Below are positions 12,518-27,518 of a stretch of DNA of 64,000 nt, one piece after another. The notes under the pieces were generated by a model, which was not told the origin of the DNA, did not search any database, and saw only the letters and a program-made list of their open reading frames with translations. Positions within the stretch are counted from its first letter, which is position 1. Every line of letters begins with the position of its first letter. The translations under genes and the position numbers were made by a program. Origin of the DNA: Dicyema japonicum (taxonomy: Eukaryota > Animalia > Dicyemida); NCBI GenBank assembly GCA_011109175.1, contig RDEW01000015.1, positions 390,310-454,309 on the forward strand, in the 5' to 3' direction.

Positions 12518-13545
12518 GGCGTCATGTGGTTCACCTGTTGTTGTGGTGGCGCTCACTGCAAGTTCTGCATGGAAGAGAACCGTTCACTTCCCCACCCTTC
12601 TACGATCTTCAGAAGGGTGGCCAACCAATTCCTCTTTACTAGTAATGTAGAACCTAATCTGGGACCCTATCTCCAGAATAATACACTGATTATTTTACAA
12701 TTAAATGTAAATGGAATCCGCAATAAAGTGTTGTAACTACGCAGCCTCTAATCCTATTTGAAAGTGGACATTGGCATCAGTCAAAAATCGAGGCTCTCTA
12801 GAACATCCCAAAACCCCTGTTTTCCTGGATATTGAGTACTTTTTGAAGTATCCTTTTCTCCGACGAACCGGACAAGAAACAGATTTTTATTGAAGTATTT
12901 TTTTCTCCGACGAAATGTTTTAGACTGTGTAATGTCTACATTCCACCTCAAGGGTCATGTACTAATTTCTATATCCCCAACTTATCGAGACTAAGGATTT
13001 GCTAATATGCAGAGACTTAAATACCAAATATCCGCTCTGGTTCCGGACACAATCAGCCGACAATCGCGGATCACTTGCTGGATATCTTTCATGGGATGTT
13101 CGTTATGGTTTTACAAGCGACCATAACACAATCGTGTTGAAAATAAAAAGATATATTTGTTTGCAAAGATGTTCTACAAAGTTCAAGAACTATTCAAAGG
13201 CAAATTGGTTTGGTGAGCAAGTTTGTGGATAATTGTCTATCGGGCCTCTGTCTTCTCTTTTATTTAATTTATTTCTATACGATTTACCTACTATCAAAGA
13301 TAAGGACACTATGTTTTATATTACGCGGATGACCAGCTGCTATAGCTGCAGGAGACAAATCTCCTTCCAGGGCTTTGGCGGTGGTTCAGTCACACCGCAA
13401 TCCATGAATTTGCTGTCTGTGTCTGCATCCAAGTCTCAGTTCACCGTATTTAGTACGGACATAAGATTTAAAAGTGGACTTGAGATATTCCTCAAAAACA
13501 TTCACATTCCTCAGAAGATCCTTGAAGTGACATTTTACACTCTTA
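12518..13545 (+). mobile_element. Decayed Ingi/Vingi-type LINE: pseudoknot head, degenerate 2A, APE and RT remnants
   Basis: ORF 12524 reads ...NVEPNLGP-YLQNNTLIILQLNVNGIRNK. Downstream are SDHN and LSSLLFNLFLYDLP followed by a frameshifted YADD. Confidence 0.75.
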
Positions 13546-13912
13546 TGACTAGGGAGATTTTTTTGAATTTATAAATCCAAAATTTTGACCTAAAAATTGA
13601 CTTTAAAAAATCACAACTTAAGTCTTTAGATAATAATTTTACAATAATAAAATCTTTTCTAAATAGATGGTAGGATATTTTCAAATAGCCGTATATACAT
13701 GGAGAAATTGGTTGTTTTTCCATTTTTTAATAGAAAAAAAAACTTTTTAACAGAAAATCGTTACAGAAATACAATTTTTAATATGCTAGCTGCGTCTTCT
13801 ACGGTGAAGTAAGTTTGTCCTGTCATCTTTCAAGACAATTTTCCCTTCTGACCAGAATTATTTTTGGTAGGTAGCCAATTTCAAAAATATTTGTTTTTAC
13901 TAAAGAAATTTA

Positions 13913-15119
13913 AATCGAGACTCTTGTGGTGAAAACCGCACCGGAATCATCAGTACGAACTCTGTGGGATCAAACAAAACAGGCAATCTCCAAGTCGGCC
14001 AATATATGCCTTGGAGTCCGAAATCATCACGCCCTAAAATTGGATCATTACCCGAACGTGCCAGATATGGCAAAGCATTGCAGAGAGCTACGACTAAAAG
14101 CGGCAAACACGTCAGACGAGAGTATAAAAAAGAGCTTAAAATCCAACAAAGGGAACTAAAGTGGAAAATCAAAAAGATGAACAGAAAACATTCACGGGAA
14201 ATTATTACATCCCTATTAAAAGATGTGGAATGTCTAAAAGACAATTCAAGGATGTATGCGGCTTTGCGGACAAAGAAAGGACAAAACATCCTTCACATCA
14301 AAGACAAAGATGGAAAATTCGTGGGTAACCCGAAAGAAAAAGCAGAATTGATTGCACGACACTTCGAAACACTGTTGAATAAAGAAAATAATGACTTTCC
14401 CCCTTTCCAGGGAGAAGCAAAGGCGCTAAAAATCCCAATCACAGTGGAAGAGGTGGAATTAGCGATAAATAAACTGAAGAACAACAAGAGTGCTGGGCCG
14501 GACAACATAAGCCCTGAGCTCTTAAAATATGGGCCAAAAAACTTAGCGACACAATTGCAAAAATTCTAATTCACGTCTTTGAAACTAACACCGATCTAAG
14601 ACTTGGAAATGGATTATTAATACCCATACAAAAACCGAACAAATCAAAAGGACCAGTAGAAAATCTCCGCCCGATAATACTTCTGAACTCGATACGCAAG
14701 GTGCTGGCAAACATTGCACTAAGCCGGATAAAGGGTGTGGGGGATCTATACCTACCAGCAAGTCAAAGTGGGTTCCGAGAAGGAAGGTCTACGGCTGACA
14801 TTGTATGGAGGAGGCTATTTGGGCATGTACTAAGAATGAACCCGGACGCACCCACTAACACAGCGATGAAAGATTACTTTGACAGTTGCGAAAAACCCTT
14901 CCGCGGACGACCTAGATCGACACTTCCGACAGCCTTAAACAAAGACTTAAATCGTGTGAGAAAAAATCTAAAGACGGGGGACGACCTGGACGAATTGAGA
15001 TCACTCGCATTCGACAGAGGAAGATGGAAAAAACTAACTATAAATATTGTTTCTTTGAGTGTTGCACATGCGGGGCTATAATCATTATGGCTTTCGTGAA
15101 AGTGCTTTAATAATAATAA
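13913..15119 (+). mobile_element. RTE-clade LINE with an internal RT deletion
   Basis: Contains KSAGPDNI, LRPIILLN and QSGFREGRSTADIVW fused to RRLFGHVLRM, and ends in a (TAA)n tail. The TSD TAAAGAAATTTA lies at 13901-13912 and 15120-15131. Confidence 0.9.
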
Positions 15120-15549
15120 TAAAGAAATTTAGTTGTGTATTCACACATTTATATCTATTTTTTAGATCAAACCAACTTTTCCAACTCTATAATAAATGCA
15201 TGTAAAAAACTCAAAAATAGCTTCGATCAAGTTACCTTTAAGATAAATTTTTACACTTTTGCATAGAAGGAAGTAAAGCGATCTCCAATACCTCAAACAA
15301 GTTTTTTAAACTTTGATGTTCAACTTGTGCAAGGAAAATCATATTCTAGTAAGCATTAGTGACCTAATTGATCCAAGAGTAGATGAAATGAGAAAATCAG
15401 ATATTTTAACAGTAGCACCTGTGAAATAGTAATAAAATGATAGACTGTTAGTTTGAAATGTTTCTTAAACAAAAGATTAAATTAAAAGCTGTTGTTAAAA
15501 AATTCGTGAGTTGGTAGAAAATTCACCAGGATAATTTATAATAACAGTA

Positions 15550-16806
15550 TTATTTTATTACCCCCAGGAAAAAAATAAAAGTTCTCATCTAACTAAGTGA
15601 TCCCAGACCGACAAAAGAAAGGACGAGTCCGTCGGTGTCGAGAATTCTGAACAGCTCTTTTCATTGGACATGGCATCGGCTCAAAATTTATGTATGATTG
15701 TAGATATTTCGATAGTGAATGGAATAGAGGGCAGCTCGGTAAACTAGCCTCCTTTCACCCCATGCAATGGAGATCTCCGCGAACGCCGCTGGCTGTTTGA
15801 GCGAATTTTGCTCGCAATTCTGAGAGTGAACAGCCACGCAGTGAGGGCGGCAGCTAACTAGTGTTTTGTCCTTTTTTGTGCTTTAAGAGTAAACGTTGTA
15901 ATTCGATTAAGAAATTTTCAATGGGGTGCTCTGGTCCAGTTATCCATATTGCAGTCTCTTCGATTGGGGATAGTTTCAATGAGGAGGATTGTAAAGTCTC
16001 CATTGCCCATAAAGGACTTGCATACGTCATCGTTGGTCGGATAAATAGTTCATAAATCGTGGCAGTAATATTTCACTGACCAGTCAATAAGAGGGGCCAA
16101 GGACGGTGATTACAGTGAGATGTCGATAGAAGAAGGTTTATTGTTACGTCAAGTAGATGTTCTTGTATGAGATGCAAGATCGTTGAGTATACATAGGCTG
16201 TGTAGGTCTTTAATTATCATCCTCCCCCTTTTGTCGTGGGTTTGTACTGTCAGCCACAGTGGGTGCTTCTCATTGGAGTCACCACAGATAATCACATCTT
16301 TCAGTGATATGAGAAGAGTCAATCTGGGAGCACTGGAAGAGCAGGAACTCAACGGTGGGAGATTCGCGTTGACCAATATTATTGATAGTCTTGGGAATCG
16401 TACTTTGGTGGCCACAAGTTCGAGATTTCCATGTCCTTTAAGCATACTGTAGACACTGTTGGTTATATCCTCAAACTGAATGCCGTTGCGAATTACTGTG
16501 AGGCCCCCACCAAGTTTGCCAATTCTATCACGGCGAATTACCGTGAATCCCAGAAATACTAATGTTGAATTCTTTGGAGAAAGTTTAGACTCTTGGATTA
16601 GCAACATATCTTTCACAAATGTCCGAAGTTCGAGTATATTGTTCTTGATTCCATTTATGTTGAGTTGGACTATTCTGGCTGGTCCAGGTTTGCCTCAATG
16701 TCTTCGCAGCGGCGCAGGCCTTTCTTATTGGTCCACCCTTGAAAATAGGGGAAAGTGTGGTTTTTTTCCAAATGACACCACGTCGTCGGCGACCCACATG
16801 ACATTT
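15550..16806 (-). mobile_element. Ingi/Vingi-type LINE deletion derivative (sister of 48311-50690), interrupted by a CRE fragment
   Basis: Has a pseudoknot head at about 16755-16806, CEDIEAN(P)GP, the APE ORF 16149-16616 and a 3' tail at 15550-15620 matching 50610-50690. Confidence 0.8.
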
Positions 16807-16809
16807 TAA

Positions 16810-17640
16810 TGCCGATGGAGATTATAATGACATAGATTTTGTCAGAAAATGATCTTGAACTTGCTTTAGAGAAAATCCTTGGAAAATTTAAGAATTGGTC
16901 TCTGCGAGTTAATCAGGAAAAGACTGAACATATAAGAATCACAAGGAAATCAAAATATATTGATGAAAATTGGAGGAAAAAAAGAAATTGGGATCCTTAC
17001 TTGGTGATAGTGAGGACATGATGTATAGAACAGTTCTTGCCACTGCCATGTATAAGAAAATGCAGAGGATATGGAGTCGACGAAAACTAATAAAAACAAA
17101 TCTAAGAATAAGACTATACAACTCATATATAAAGCCGGTGCTTATGTACAACTCGGGTACATGGGAAGTCACAGAGCTAGAGCTCAAGAAAATGGATATA
17201 TTTCATCGAAAACAATTACACAATTTAATGGGCCTAGGTTGGCCCAAGAAGATTTCAAATAAGAAATTATACTCTGTGGCACAATCGAGGCCAATAAGCA
17301 TCGACATTATTGAATCAAGATGGAGACTGTTTGGGCACGTGCTTAGAATGGACATAAACGCCCCTGCAAATATAATAATGGACAATTTCTTTAACAATGA
17401 AAACAAACCATCGTTCAGAGGAAGACCCAGAGTCACTCTACCCATGGTTCTGAACAAGGATCTTAATGGAATTGGAAGAAAACTTAAATCTGCAGAAGAC
17501 CTAGAAGATCTAAGGACAGATGCGCAAAGCAGAGGGCGATGGAGACGCTAGTGAAGCAAATTTCAAAACGTGTGGCACAAACGGGACCTTAGTTAATTTA
17601 ACGTTCTTTGGTTCTGTGAAAGTGCTTTAAATATAATAAT
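16810..17640 (+). mobile_element. RTE-clade LINE, 3' part
   Basis: Translates LGSLLGD...LYNSYIKPVLMYN...WRLFGHVLRM...RGRPR, with the tail GTGAAAGTGCTTTAA(TAA)n. Confidence 0.9.
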
Positions 17641-18648
17641 TTGACTTTACCTAAAATTTTTGACTTTATAACTTTTGATTAATATAATTTTTTGATTAAA
17701 AATCACATTTTTATAAGTTTTAAACAATTTCAAAGAACATATGAATTTTTTGACTTTGACAAAAATCACCCTACTTATGACGTTCTCCGGTCACACGGAG
17801 GAAGTGTCAACCAAGGGTCTAGGAAAATGAAACGTTCTAAAAGCTAAAAGGAGAGCTCCTTCCTACCTACTGCTTGTATCAGCAAACTATAATTTCAACT
17901 TATTGTGCCGACGATTGAATATGTTGGTTCTGATTGGAGTTTCGCTATTCCATCTACGAAGGTCGAGCGTATGTACTATTTCAGATAGAAGATCATGCGG
18001 CATATGCAATCAGACACCATATCCCAGTCTCCCTTCAGAGGCGGTGACGGTGAGAAATGGCCAGGGCTTTCTACGTATGTGCAAGGAGCTAGGAAACCTT
18101 TTTAGCGAGTTACTACTTTCTTTCTTGGTGGTCTTAGGGTTTTAAAATAAATAATACATAAAAATTCATATCTGCTTAAACAAACTTGTGGAATTAACAT
18201 GTGATTACTATGAGAACGAAGATACCTTTGCCAGACAACACTGTTTCTAGTCAGCATATATCATCAATATCTGGTCGAATAGTTGACAATTTACGTTAGA
18301 GTTTAAAAAAAAATTACCAATTCTCGGGGCATTCTCTAATTTATTGATATTAATTTGCCCATTAAATTACCAATTTTTGTCCTTACTTTTACGTATCCGA
18401 AAAAATTTAATTTTTTAATGTGTGCCGTGGTTATTTTTGTTACGATTAGTGTGCAGCGAAAATTATTTTCTGAAAACCTCTGTCCTAGACAAACAACTCT
18501 GGTAAAATTCGTCTGTTGAGACCTTGCCAGTTCCGTGAGACTATTTATTGTCGAAAACGTCTACTGCCTAAAAGAAGTCCATGTCCTTCCAGAATAATAA
18601 TTCCCATCAAAATTAATAGTAAGCAACAATATTAAATATAAGCATTGG

Positions 18649-20005
<1,357 letters not shown>

Positions 20006-20812
20006 ACTCAAAAGTAAAATTAAATTAGGTAATTCATTTTAAATTATTTATAATGTTTTATATAAATTAAAATTATTATAATTTATTTTTTTATTTATAG
20101 AGTTTCCTGACCAATAGCGTCACTAAATTTTTTAGAATAAAAAACAAATTTTTTTAAATTTTTCTCATTTTCAGGCCCCTCTGAAACATAGTTGTTCCAT
20201 GTGCTGAATAAATTTTAAATTTGATTGAGAAATGGAGAGTAAGAGACAATGGAACATGGAGATTTAGTCCGTATAATGACGAATACAGGCATTATTAAAA
20301 ATAAATATCGAGTCTTCAATTCCCTCTTCATAACCAAGATTTTTTAAAAATTCCATAAAAATATGTCATTTATGCAATGACCGATATTATTGTTGATGCA
20401 GTTTCTGGTTCTGATCTATGGTTACAGGGATGGAATGAAGTGAAGAAACAAATTCGTTGAGCTTCTAACCAAAATCCAGGTTGTATTGGCTTACTGATTA
20501 AAATCTAAAATACTACTAAAATAATTTAGCAGTTACTACACTACATTAATACATAATTCATGTGTTGTAAAATGGGTTATTCAATTGAGAAGAGACATAG
20601 AGTGTCTCATAGCTGACCCCCCCCCCCCAAATTCAAACTCTTAATTAGATTGGATTATTTTCAACTTACTAAATTTTGTCAATATATTAACCCGGACCTC
20701 AAAAAAGATAAGAGTTATCCTATAAATTAAGTGTCATATCACGCCCTACTTGTGGCTGGTCTTTGAATCCTGGATTAATCTATAGAGGGGAATGCCACGT
20801 GGTTCAGCATTG

Positions 20813-20970
20813 GATTGTCACATTACTCACCTACGTGGTGGCAATTGCTTACTAAAGTGTTGAAATGGTCGTAAGCTCTTAGCAGCGAAAGCATGGAGAC
20901 ATGGATAGTGTCATATCTTGTTCCTCTCCTGCTGGACGTCAAGCAAAATCCTGGACCAGATCTTACCTAA
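20813..20970 (+). mobile_element. Vingi-type 5' head with degenerate 2A (DVKQNPGP)
   Basis: Reads GATTGTC...ACC TACGT GGT GGCAATT G and is homologous to 62645-62813 (minus) and 50698-50800. Confidence 0.7.
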
Positions 20971-21194
20971 ATTTGGCTACCATTAAATTTGTGTTTACGA
21001 GTTTGGGGGTAATGAACATTTTTCCATTCTGTTTTTATACAGTCGACCCACGCAAATTGATCAGTCTTTAAATTGGTCACATTTTGAAAAATTCTCCATA
21101 TTAATTATCCAATTTTTAAATTGGAAATCTTGATTTCAATGCACGAGTCTTTATAAAATTGACCTTATAACAATTATAAAATCCGGAGGTAATG

Positions 21195-22071
21195 TTTTAG
21201 AGACAAGAGTCTCCCGATGTAAAAAAACAATGTGTAAAAATAAGTTTGGTATTTTTTTCCTTTAACAATGCTACAACACCCTTCGTACAACCAAGCATAG
21301 AAGGAGCACCATTAGTGCAAATACCAACATAATTTTGAAGAGACAATTTGTTTAAATAAAAATATTCAATTACTAAATTAAAAAATGTCCTGGCTGCACG
21401 TTTTCTCTGTAGGCTATGTACAGAAAAGATATTGTTTAATCATGTTCCCAATGTATTCAATTCGAATAAAAACTAATAACTGACAATTCCCCTAATATCA
21501 GTAGATTCATCTATTTCAGTGGTTCTCAACCTTTTTTGGTCGCGGACCCCTTGTGAGTGAATAAAAAATTCGCGGACCCCAAACATACTTTTGCAAGATT
21601 TTGTCAAAAAATAATTACTTTTCTAAAAACACAATTTGTTATTAAAAAAGGAAATAAAATTAATGAGTAGGTTGATGTTGTTTTTTTTGAGGCATTTTTT
21701 TCAATTTGAGGCTCGGTTGTCGACAAACATACTCTGATAAATAAAGGTTCAGAAGTATCTCGCGGACCCAGGTTGAGAACCACTGATCTATTTGAAGTGA
21801 AAGATACTTTTCTTTCATACAGTCAAAAATATTATTTCAATAGCTATCTGTCTAGAAACAGTGCAATCCGACAATGGAATTTTAGATATTTGCTTCTCAA
21901 AACTATCACCAAAGAAAGTTCATTTATTTTGCAGGCAGGAATTATCCAATTTTCGCCAATTGTATGGGCTTTCATTTGAGAACCAATTAATTTCGCAACA
22001 ATATAACTACTTTAAATACAAAAAATTTACAAATTAATGTATTTCAGCGGCACACCGTTTGAGAAGCACTG
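21195..22071 (-). mobile_element. hAT/Buster transposase fragment
   Basis: Minus strand gives DESTDI and GICTNGAPSMLG. The terminus CAGTGCTTCTCAAACGGTGTGCCGC resembles the one at 48689. Confidence 0.75.
21517..21785. mobile_element. hAT MITE (269 bp)
   Basis: TIR CAGTGGTTCTCAACCT on both ends, with the 8-bp TSD ATCTATTT at 21509-21516 and 21786-21793. Confidence 0.95.
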
Positions 22072-22229
22072 TGCTAGATTCTCAGACTTTTTCCGAAAGA
22101 CGACATCGAGAAAGCAATAAATAATTTTTTACTGAACATTTTGAAAGATTCTAAAAAAATATCAACCGTCTTTTAAAGTCTTCAAAGCTTGAAGATAAGT
22201 GGTAGAATGGATGGAGGTTGAGTCTAAAG

Positions 22230-24220
22230 CAGAGGTTCCAACCTTTGTTCCTCGAAATAATCTAAGGGTTTTGCGAAGTTCCAAAATTTTTTTTTAATTT
22301 TTTTTCAAAACGAATTAATTTAATTTGCGCGTGTCTAAATGGAGTCTTGTGACAGTGCACATCTTAAAGTTCGATCGTATCGAAAAAGTTATATTGCATT
22401 TGGTTTCACATGGACTGGGGACATGAATTTCCCTCTACCACTTTGTGTTGTTTGCGGTTAAAAACTTGCGAATAGTGCTATGGCTCCAACGAAACTTAGA
22501 CGTCATTTCTCAACCAAGCACCCAGAACTTTCAATGAAAAAAAAGTATTTTATGCGGAAATTGACCAGAATAAAGTTAAAGCATTCCGGTTTTACAAAAA
22601 ATCAAAATAAACGAAAAAGCATCTCATGCTAGTTATGGTGTTGCTGAGATTATCGCTAAAAATATGAAATCGCATACTCTCGCCGAAACTGTTATTTTGC
22701 CTGCATGCAAAGAAGTAGTGAAGATAATGTTCCGAGAAATTGCTGCCGCTGAGCTCGACTTAATTCCTATTTCTATTAATTCTGTGAGCAGAAGCATCAA
22801 GGATATGTCTGATGACATTGAAACCACTTTGGTTCGGCGAATAAAAAAATCTGTGTTTTTTTCCTTCAAGTGGATGAAAGCTCAGATATCACAGGAAGAA
22901 TGCAACTCCTTGTATTCGTTCGATATATGAACGATGAATCCATTGTTGAAGATTTTCTTTGCTGCAAAGAGTTGCTCGAACAACAAAGGGATATGACAAT
23001 TTCAATCTTATAAATTCATATTTTGAGGATATAAAGTTGGATTGGAATGCATGTGTGGGTTGGAATGCATGGGTATCTGCACTGATGGTTCTCCAGCAAT
23101 GACTAAGCAATTTAAAGGCTTTGTTTCTGTTGCGAAAATAAGAATCCGGACTTAATTCACACGCATTGTTTTCTTCATCGTGAGGCATTGGTCGCAAAAA
23201 CTATGTGGCATGGACTTAAATATGCTTTGGACATGGTCGTAAAAATTATCAACTATATCAAAATGAGGCCGTTGAAATTGCGCCAGTTTTAGAAACTTTG
23301 CGAAAATGCAGAACATACAGTTTGATTATCTAGACTGAAGTAAGATGGCTCTCAAAGGGAAACATGTTAATTCGTTTCTATGAACTAAGACACGAATTGT
23401 TGGCTTTTTGTATACAAGATAAGTTGGATGACTTTATTGAATTCCTTAATGATGAATTTTGGTGTTGCAAGATAGAATACCTTGCCGATATTTTTAATGA
23501 ACTCAATGTTCTTAATAGCACCATGCAAGGAAGAAATGAAAATCTGTTGAGTTGCGCGGACAAAATAGCTGGTTTTCTGAAAAAAATTAAAATATGGAAA
23601 AAACATATAACGAATGGAAACTTGGAAATGTTTCCGAATGTGCAAGAAAGAAATTTTAAAGAAATTGTTCCAAAAATTGTAGATCATTTGGAGTCATTAT
23701 TTACATTAAGAAGAATTACTTTCCACCAATATCAGTTGAACTCTATGATTGGGGGAGGAATCCTTTTGCTGAGTACAAAATAACTGGAAACGAGCTATTA
23801 TTAAAAGAGGAAGAACTTGCGTTTGTTTCAAGTGACAGAACGTTAAAAATGGATATTTACAGCTTGATATTGATTCGTTTTGGCTGATTGTAAAAAGCAG
23901 ACAAATTATATTCTAGCAAACAAATCTTTAAGAGTTTTCAATGACTTATTTCTGTGAAAGTGGATTTTCTGCATCAACAAATATAAAGCATAAAAAACGC
24001 GCAAACCTACTGTATGTGGAAGAAGATCTACGTTTATCCCTGTTAAGGACAAGGCCAAATATTACAGAGCTATGCAAGAGACATCAGCCTCAACAATCTT
24101 ACTAACTAGCATTTTATATATTAGTAAAATACTGATAATTGTTAACAACCATATAAGGGTTCCGTATAAAATGAAAAATGTCGATAGGGTTCCGTGCTCT
24201 CAAAAAATTGGGAACCATTG
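22230..24220 (+). mobile_element. Near full-length decayed hAT/Buster (ZBED8/SCAND3-like) transposon
   Basis: Has a BED-like PLCVVC..LRRHFSTKH motif, HC..HREAL, VRWLSRG and YLADIF. TIRs are CAGAGGTTCC / GGAACCATTG with TSD (G)TCTAAAG. Confidence 0.9.
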
Positions 24221-24491
24221 TCTAAAGGTATTTTTCGAAAAAAAATTCTTTAGAAGATTCAGAAAATAGTGAAAAATCGGAAAAAAAATAAAACTTGTAG
24301 CCAAAAAAGATATTTTAGTTAGATTAACAGCAACAGAGAGGAAACTCTTAGCCAATGTTGAGAATGAAGTTCTCTAATTTCTTCAATAAGAAAGTATAAA
24401 GCAAGTATTATCGAAGCAAATAAAAAGATAGGGATTAAATTTTATTTTAATAAAAATTAAATATGTTTTTTTGTTCATTTAAGGCATTTTT

Positions 24492-24806
24492 GACATAGTG
24501 GTTAGGTGTCGGGATAAGTGACTTAGGTAACGGGTTCTATTCTCGCCGCTGTTCACCTGGTGGAAGGTTCCACGCATCTACGATGCTAAAAGGGTTTGAC
24601 GAGTGACGCCGTCATCAGTGGATACTCACTGCGGAACTGGATTGTCTAGAAAGGATTCACACAAAAGATAAAGAAAAAAAAAGTGAAGATCATTCCTTGG
24701 TTCTACGATTAGTTAAAATTAACTGTTCTTTACTTAAATAAAGTGTGTGTCCTGCCTATGTGGAGCTATAAATATTATGTCTCTCGTGAAAAGGCTGTTA
24801 TTATTA
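24492..24806 (+). mobile_element. tRNA-derived SINE with RTE-type 3' tail
   Basis: Near-identical to 59363-59690. The 13-bp TSD TTAAGGCATTTTT lies at 24479-24491 and 24807-24819. Confidence 0.9.
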
Positions 24807-24946
24807 TTAAGGCATTTTTAAAAATTCTTTATTCATAGTTCTTAAAAAATTATTGATTTTATTTTTTTTCAAATTGGTTATAAAATTCTATGAATCCAAA
24901 AATGACCACTTTGCGAGGGTCGACTGTATAATTCTTTTTGTATTGT

Positions 24947-25030
24947 GACGTCATGTGATCTTCCTGTCTCAGGATGTGCCCAATTTCAGGATGGCATCAA
25001 AGGATCGTTTGCTATCCTCCACTCAACTGG
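24947..25030 (+). mobile_element. Pseudoknot-headed SINE (family A), 5' fragment
   Basis: Reads GACGTC ATG TGATCT TCC TGTCTCA GGA...CAAA GGATCG TTTGCTATCCTCCACTC and aligns to 33663-33740. Confidence 0.7.
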
Positions 25031-26180
25031 TCCATTCCATGAAGAATTTACACAGCTTTGGTTCGGATGAAGATAGTGTTTGAAGGACTTGTTTTTACGA
25101 CTGGAGTCGTAGAAACTAGATATAAGTAATTAGTTGTTAAGATGTCTGGAATTCAGTCTATTTGAAGACGCAAGAGTCTGTGACGTGAAACTTAGAAAAT
25201 ATTTTATTCAGTATTTCGTTGAATCATGTATCAAAACGTCCAAGACTGTAGAGATAGGATTTTTCCTGAAGATAGAAATGGAATGGCTGTTTCCCTTGAC
25301 AACCTCAGAGAAATCCTTTGGAACAGGCATTCCACTTCCTAACGATCTGAAGAATGAGAGCTTCAAGGGCCCGAAGACTCCAGACGTCTTGACCACAACG
25401 GGCTGTATTTGACGCCTATGATTCATAAGAACATTTACTGGCTTGAGAGGCGCCTACAACAAAATGATTATTCTAGAACATTCTCTTATCAATAAAATGT
25501 TTAATATTAAAACCAATGATAAAAAGCTGAAACAACCTTACATTAAAAACTGAAACATCAAATCCTTATAATCTGGAGAAAATTGGAATTACTGCTAACA
25601 CACGTGGCCGTCTGTTGTGATTTATCAACTCGAGCATTTTTAGGTTAGAATTAAGTGATGAGATCAAAGGTTAATTTATTGAACGACAAAACACAGTGAA
25701 AAGGGAGAATAAGACTAATCGTGTGATCCTAATTCCAAAATTTGCTTACACATTTTCACGTGCTTGAAGTATCTCCTTGTGTTTGCGAAGAAAGTGGGAG
25801 ATTAAAGAAGTTAATATTAAGCAACCAAGTGTATCCAGATCCAATGGTATCAGAGAGTGAAATCCGAGATCACATAAAAGTCCTTTCAGAAACAGAGGAG
25901 AAAGAAATAACAAGTTAGTAACAGCCGGATGAACCCCCAAGGAATATGACAGGAAGGTGACAAGGCTAATGATGTTTTTTGACGGCATTCTGGTACAATT
26001 TCCAATCTCCAGCTGAGACATGTTGATCATATGATGTCAGGAACATTGCAATACATATAGAATCCTTCAGCCGACTGATCAGCATGTGAATTGAACAAAC
26101 AGCAGCATTGAAAAAACATGACCTTAAGCACTACTTGGATGACTTGCTTTATATAAAAGGACTCTGTTCTGGTCAATGAC
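25030..26180 (-). CDS. Unidentified multi-exon host gene, possibly a membrane protein, head-to-head with ALG2
   Basis: ORF pieces 25208-25426 and 25746-26030, with candidate tiny GT-AG introns and hydrophobic stretches. The exon structure is unresolved. Confidence 0.4.
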
Positions 26181-26261
26181 AGATTATAACAATTTTAATA
26201 AAGAAAAACTTTATTATTCTTAAATTTAATTTTTAATAACTTTAAAGTTCAAATACGTTTA

Positions 26262-27518
26262 ATGCGGGTTGCCTTTATTCATCCAGATTTGGGAATTGGA
26301 GGAGCGGAAAGAGCAGTGATCGATACAGCACTGGCAATGCAGTCCTTGGGCCACACTGTTTCATTTTTTACTGGACACCACGACCCAAACACTGCTTCTC
26401 GGACACCATCGATGGGTCGTTCACTATTTATTCTGCCGGCCAGTTTATTCCGAGACATTTCCTTGGAATGTTTATGATCCTCTTTTCACTCCTAAAGATG
26501 ACCTTTGTGACTTTATATTTTCTTTGGTTCTACGGAGATCAGTTCGACGTGGTCTTCTGTGACCAAGTCTCCTTGGTGGCTCTTATTGTGAAGCTGTTCG
26601 GCCTCCATCAAGTCATATTTTACTGTCATTTTCCCGATTTGTTTCTCTCCGACAGGGATGACAAAAATCGACTCAAAAAATTCCTCAAAAAAATATATCG
26701 AATTCCATTTGATAAAATAGAAGAGTTCTCGACCGCCATAGCCGACGTAGTCGTGGTTAACTCTAACTTTACTAGTAATAAACGGTCTTTATTTCGTTAG
26801 AGCGTGTTGTGCAGACTGCCTTCCCTTCAATGGCCCAGAGAGAACTCGCTGTGTTACATCCTGTCTCAAATTTGGAGAAACTGGACATGCCGGGGAACCA
26901 ACGGGTGAAATCAACTGGGGGAAATTTAAATACTTCCTTTCGATCAACCGATTCGAAAGAAAGAAGAATGTGATCTTAGCATTGGAGGCATTTGGTTGTA
27001 TTGTGGTCACTTTATTGACAGGAATATTCCAGAGGGAGCGAAGATCAAATGATATTTTCAAACTGGTCCTCATGGGGGGATATGACGAAAGATTATACGA
27101 CAGTGTGTGCTATCTGAAGGAGATTGTTGATTTGGTAGAAGAACTCAACCTCACAGAATCTGTTTATATAATAAAAAACGGATCCGACTCCTTCAAAAGG
27201 TATTTGTTGCGAAATGCCACGTGTCTGCTGTACACTCCGTCTGAGGAACACTTCGGAATAGTCCCCGTGGAAGCCATGTATTTGAGATGTCCGGTAATCG
27301 CCGTGAACTCTGGGGGACCCATGGAGACCGTGGTTGACGGGGAGACTGGATTTCTGTGTGATCAGACTGCCGAGTGTTTTGCTGAGAAAATGACTGACTT
27401 GTCCTCAAACGATGAAATGTTATCTGTAATGGAGGAAAAAGCACGTGCTCATGTAGGTAAAAACTTCTCAACCAAAGAATTTATTAGGAAACTTAACACT
27501 ATTTTATTGCAGTTGTAG
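26262..27518 (+). CDS. ALG2: Alpha-1,3/1,6-mannosyltransferase ALG2
   Basis: Contains [36 protein letters not shown] and [11 protein letters not shown]...NSGGP.ETV. It has two tiny introns and two 1-nt deletions (near 26387 and 26893). Confidence 0.96.

Larger units (their letters stand above)
21040..24926 (+). mobile_element. pogo/Tigger-like element hosting several nested insertions
   Basis: TIRs CAGTCGACCC(A/T)CGCAAA start at 21040 and end at 24926, each flanked by TA. Own-sequence remnants lie at 22075-22225 and 24230-24470. Confidence 0.75.
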
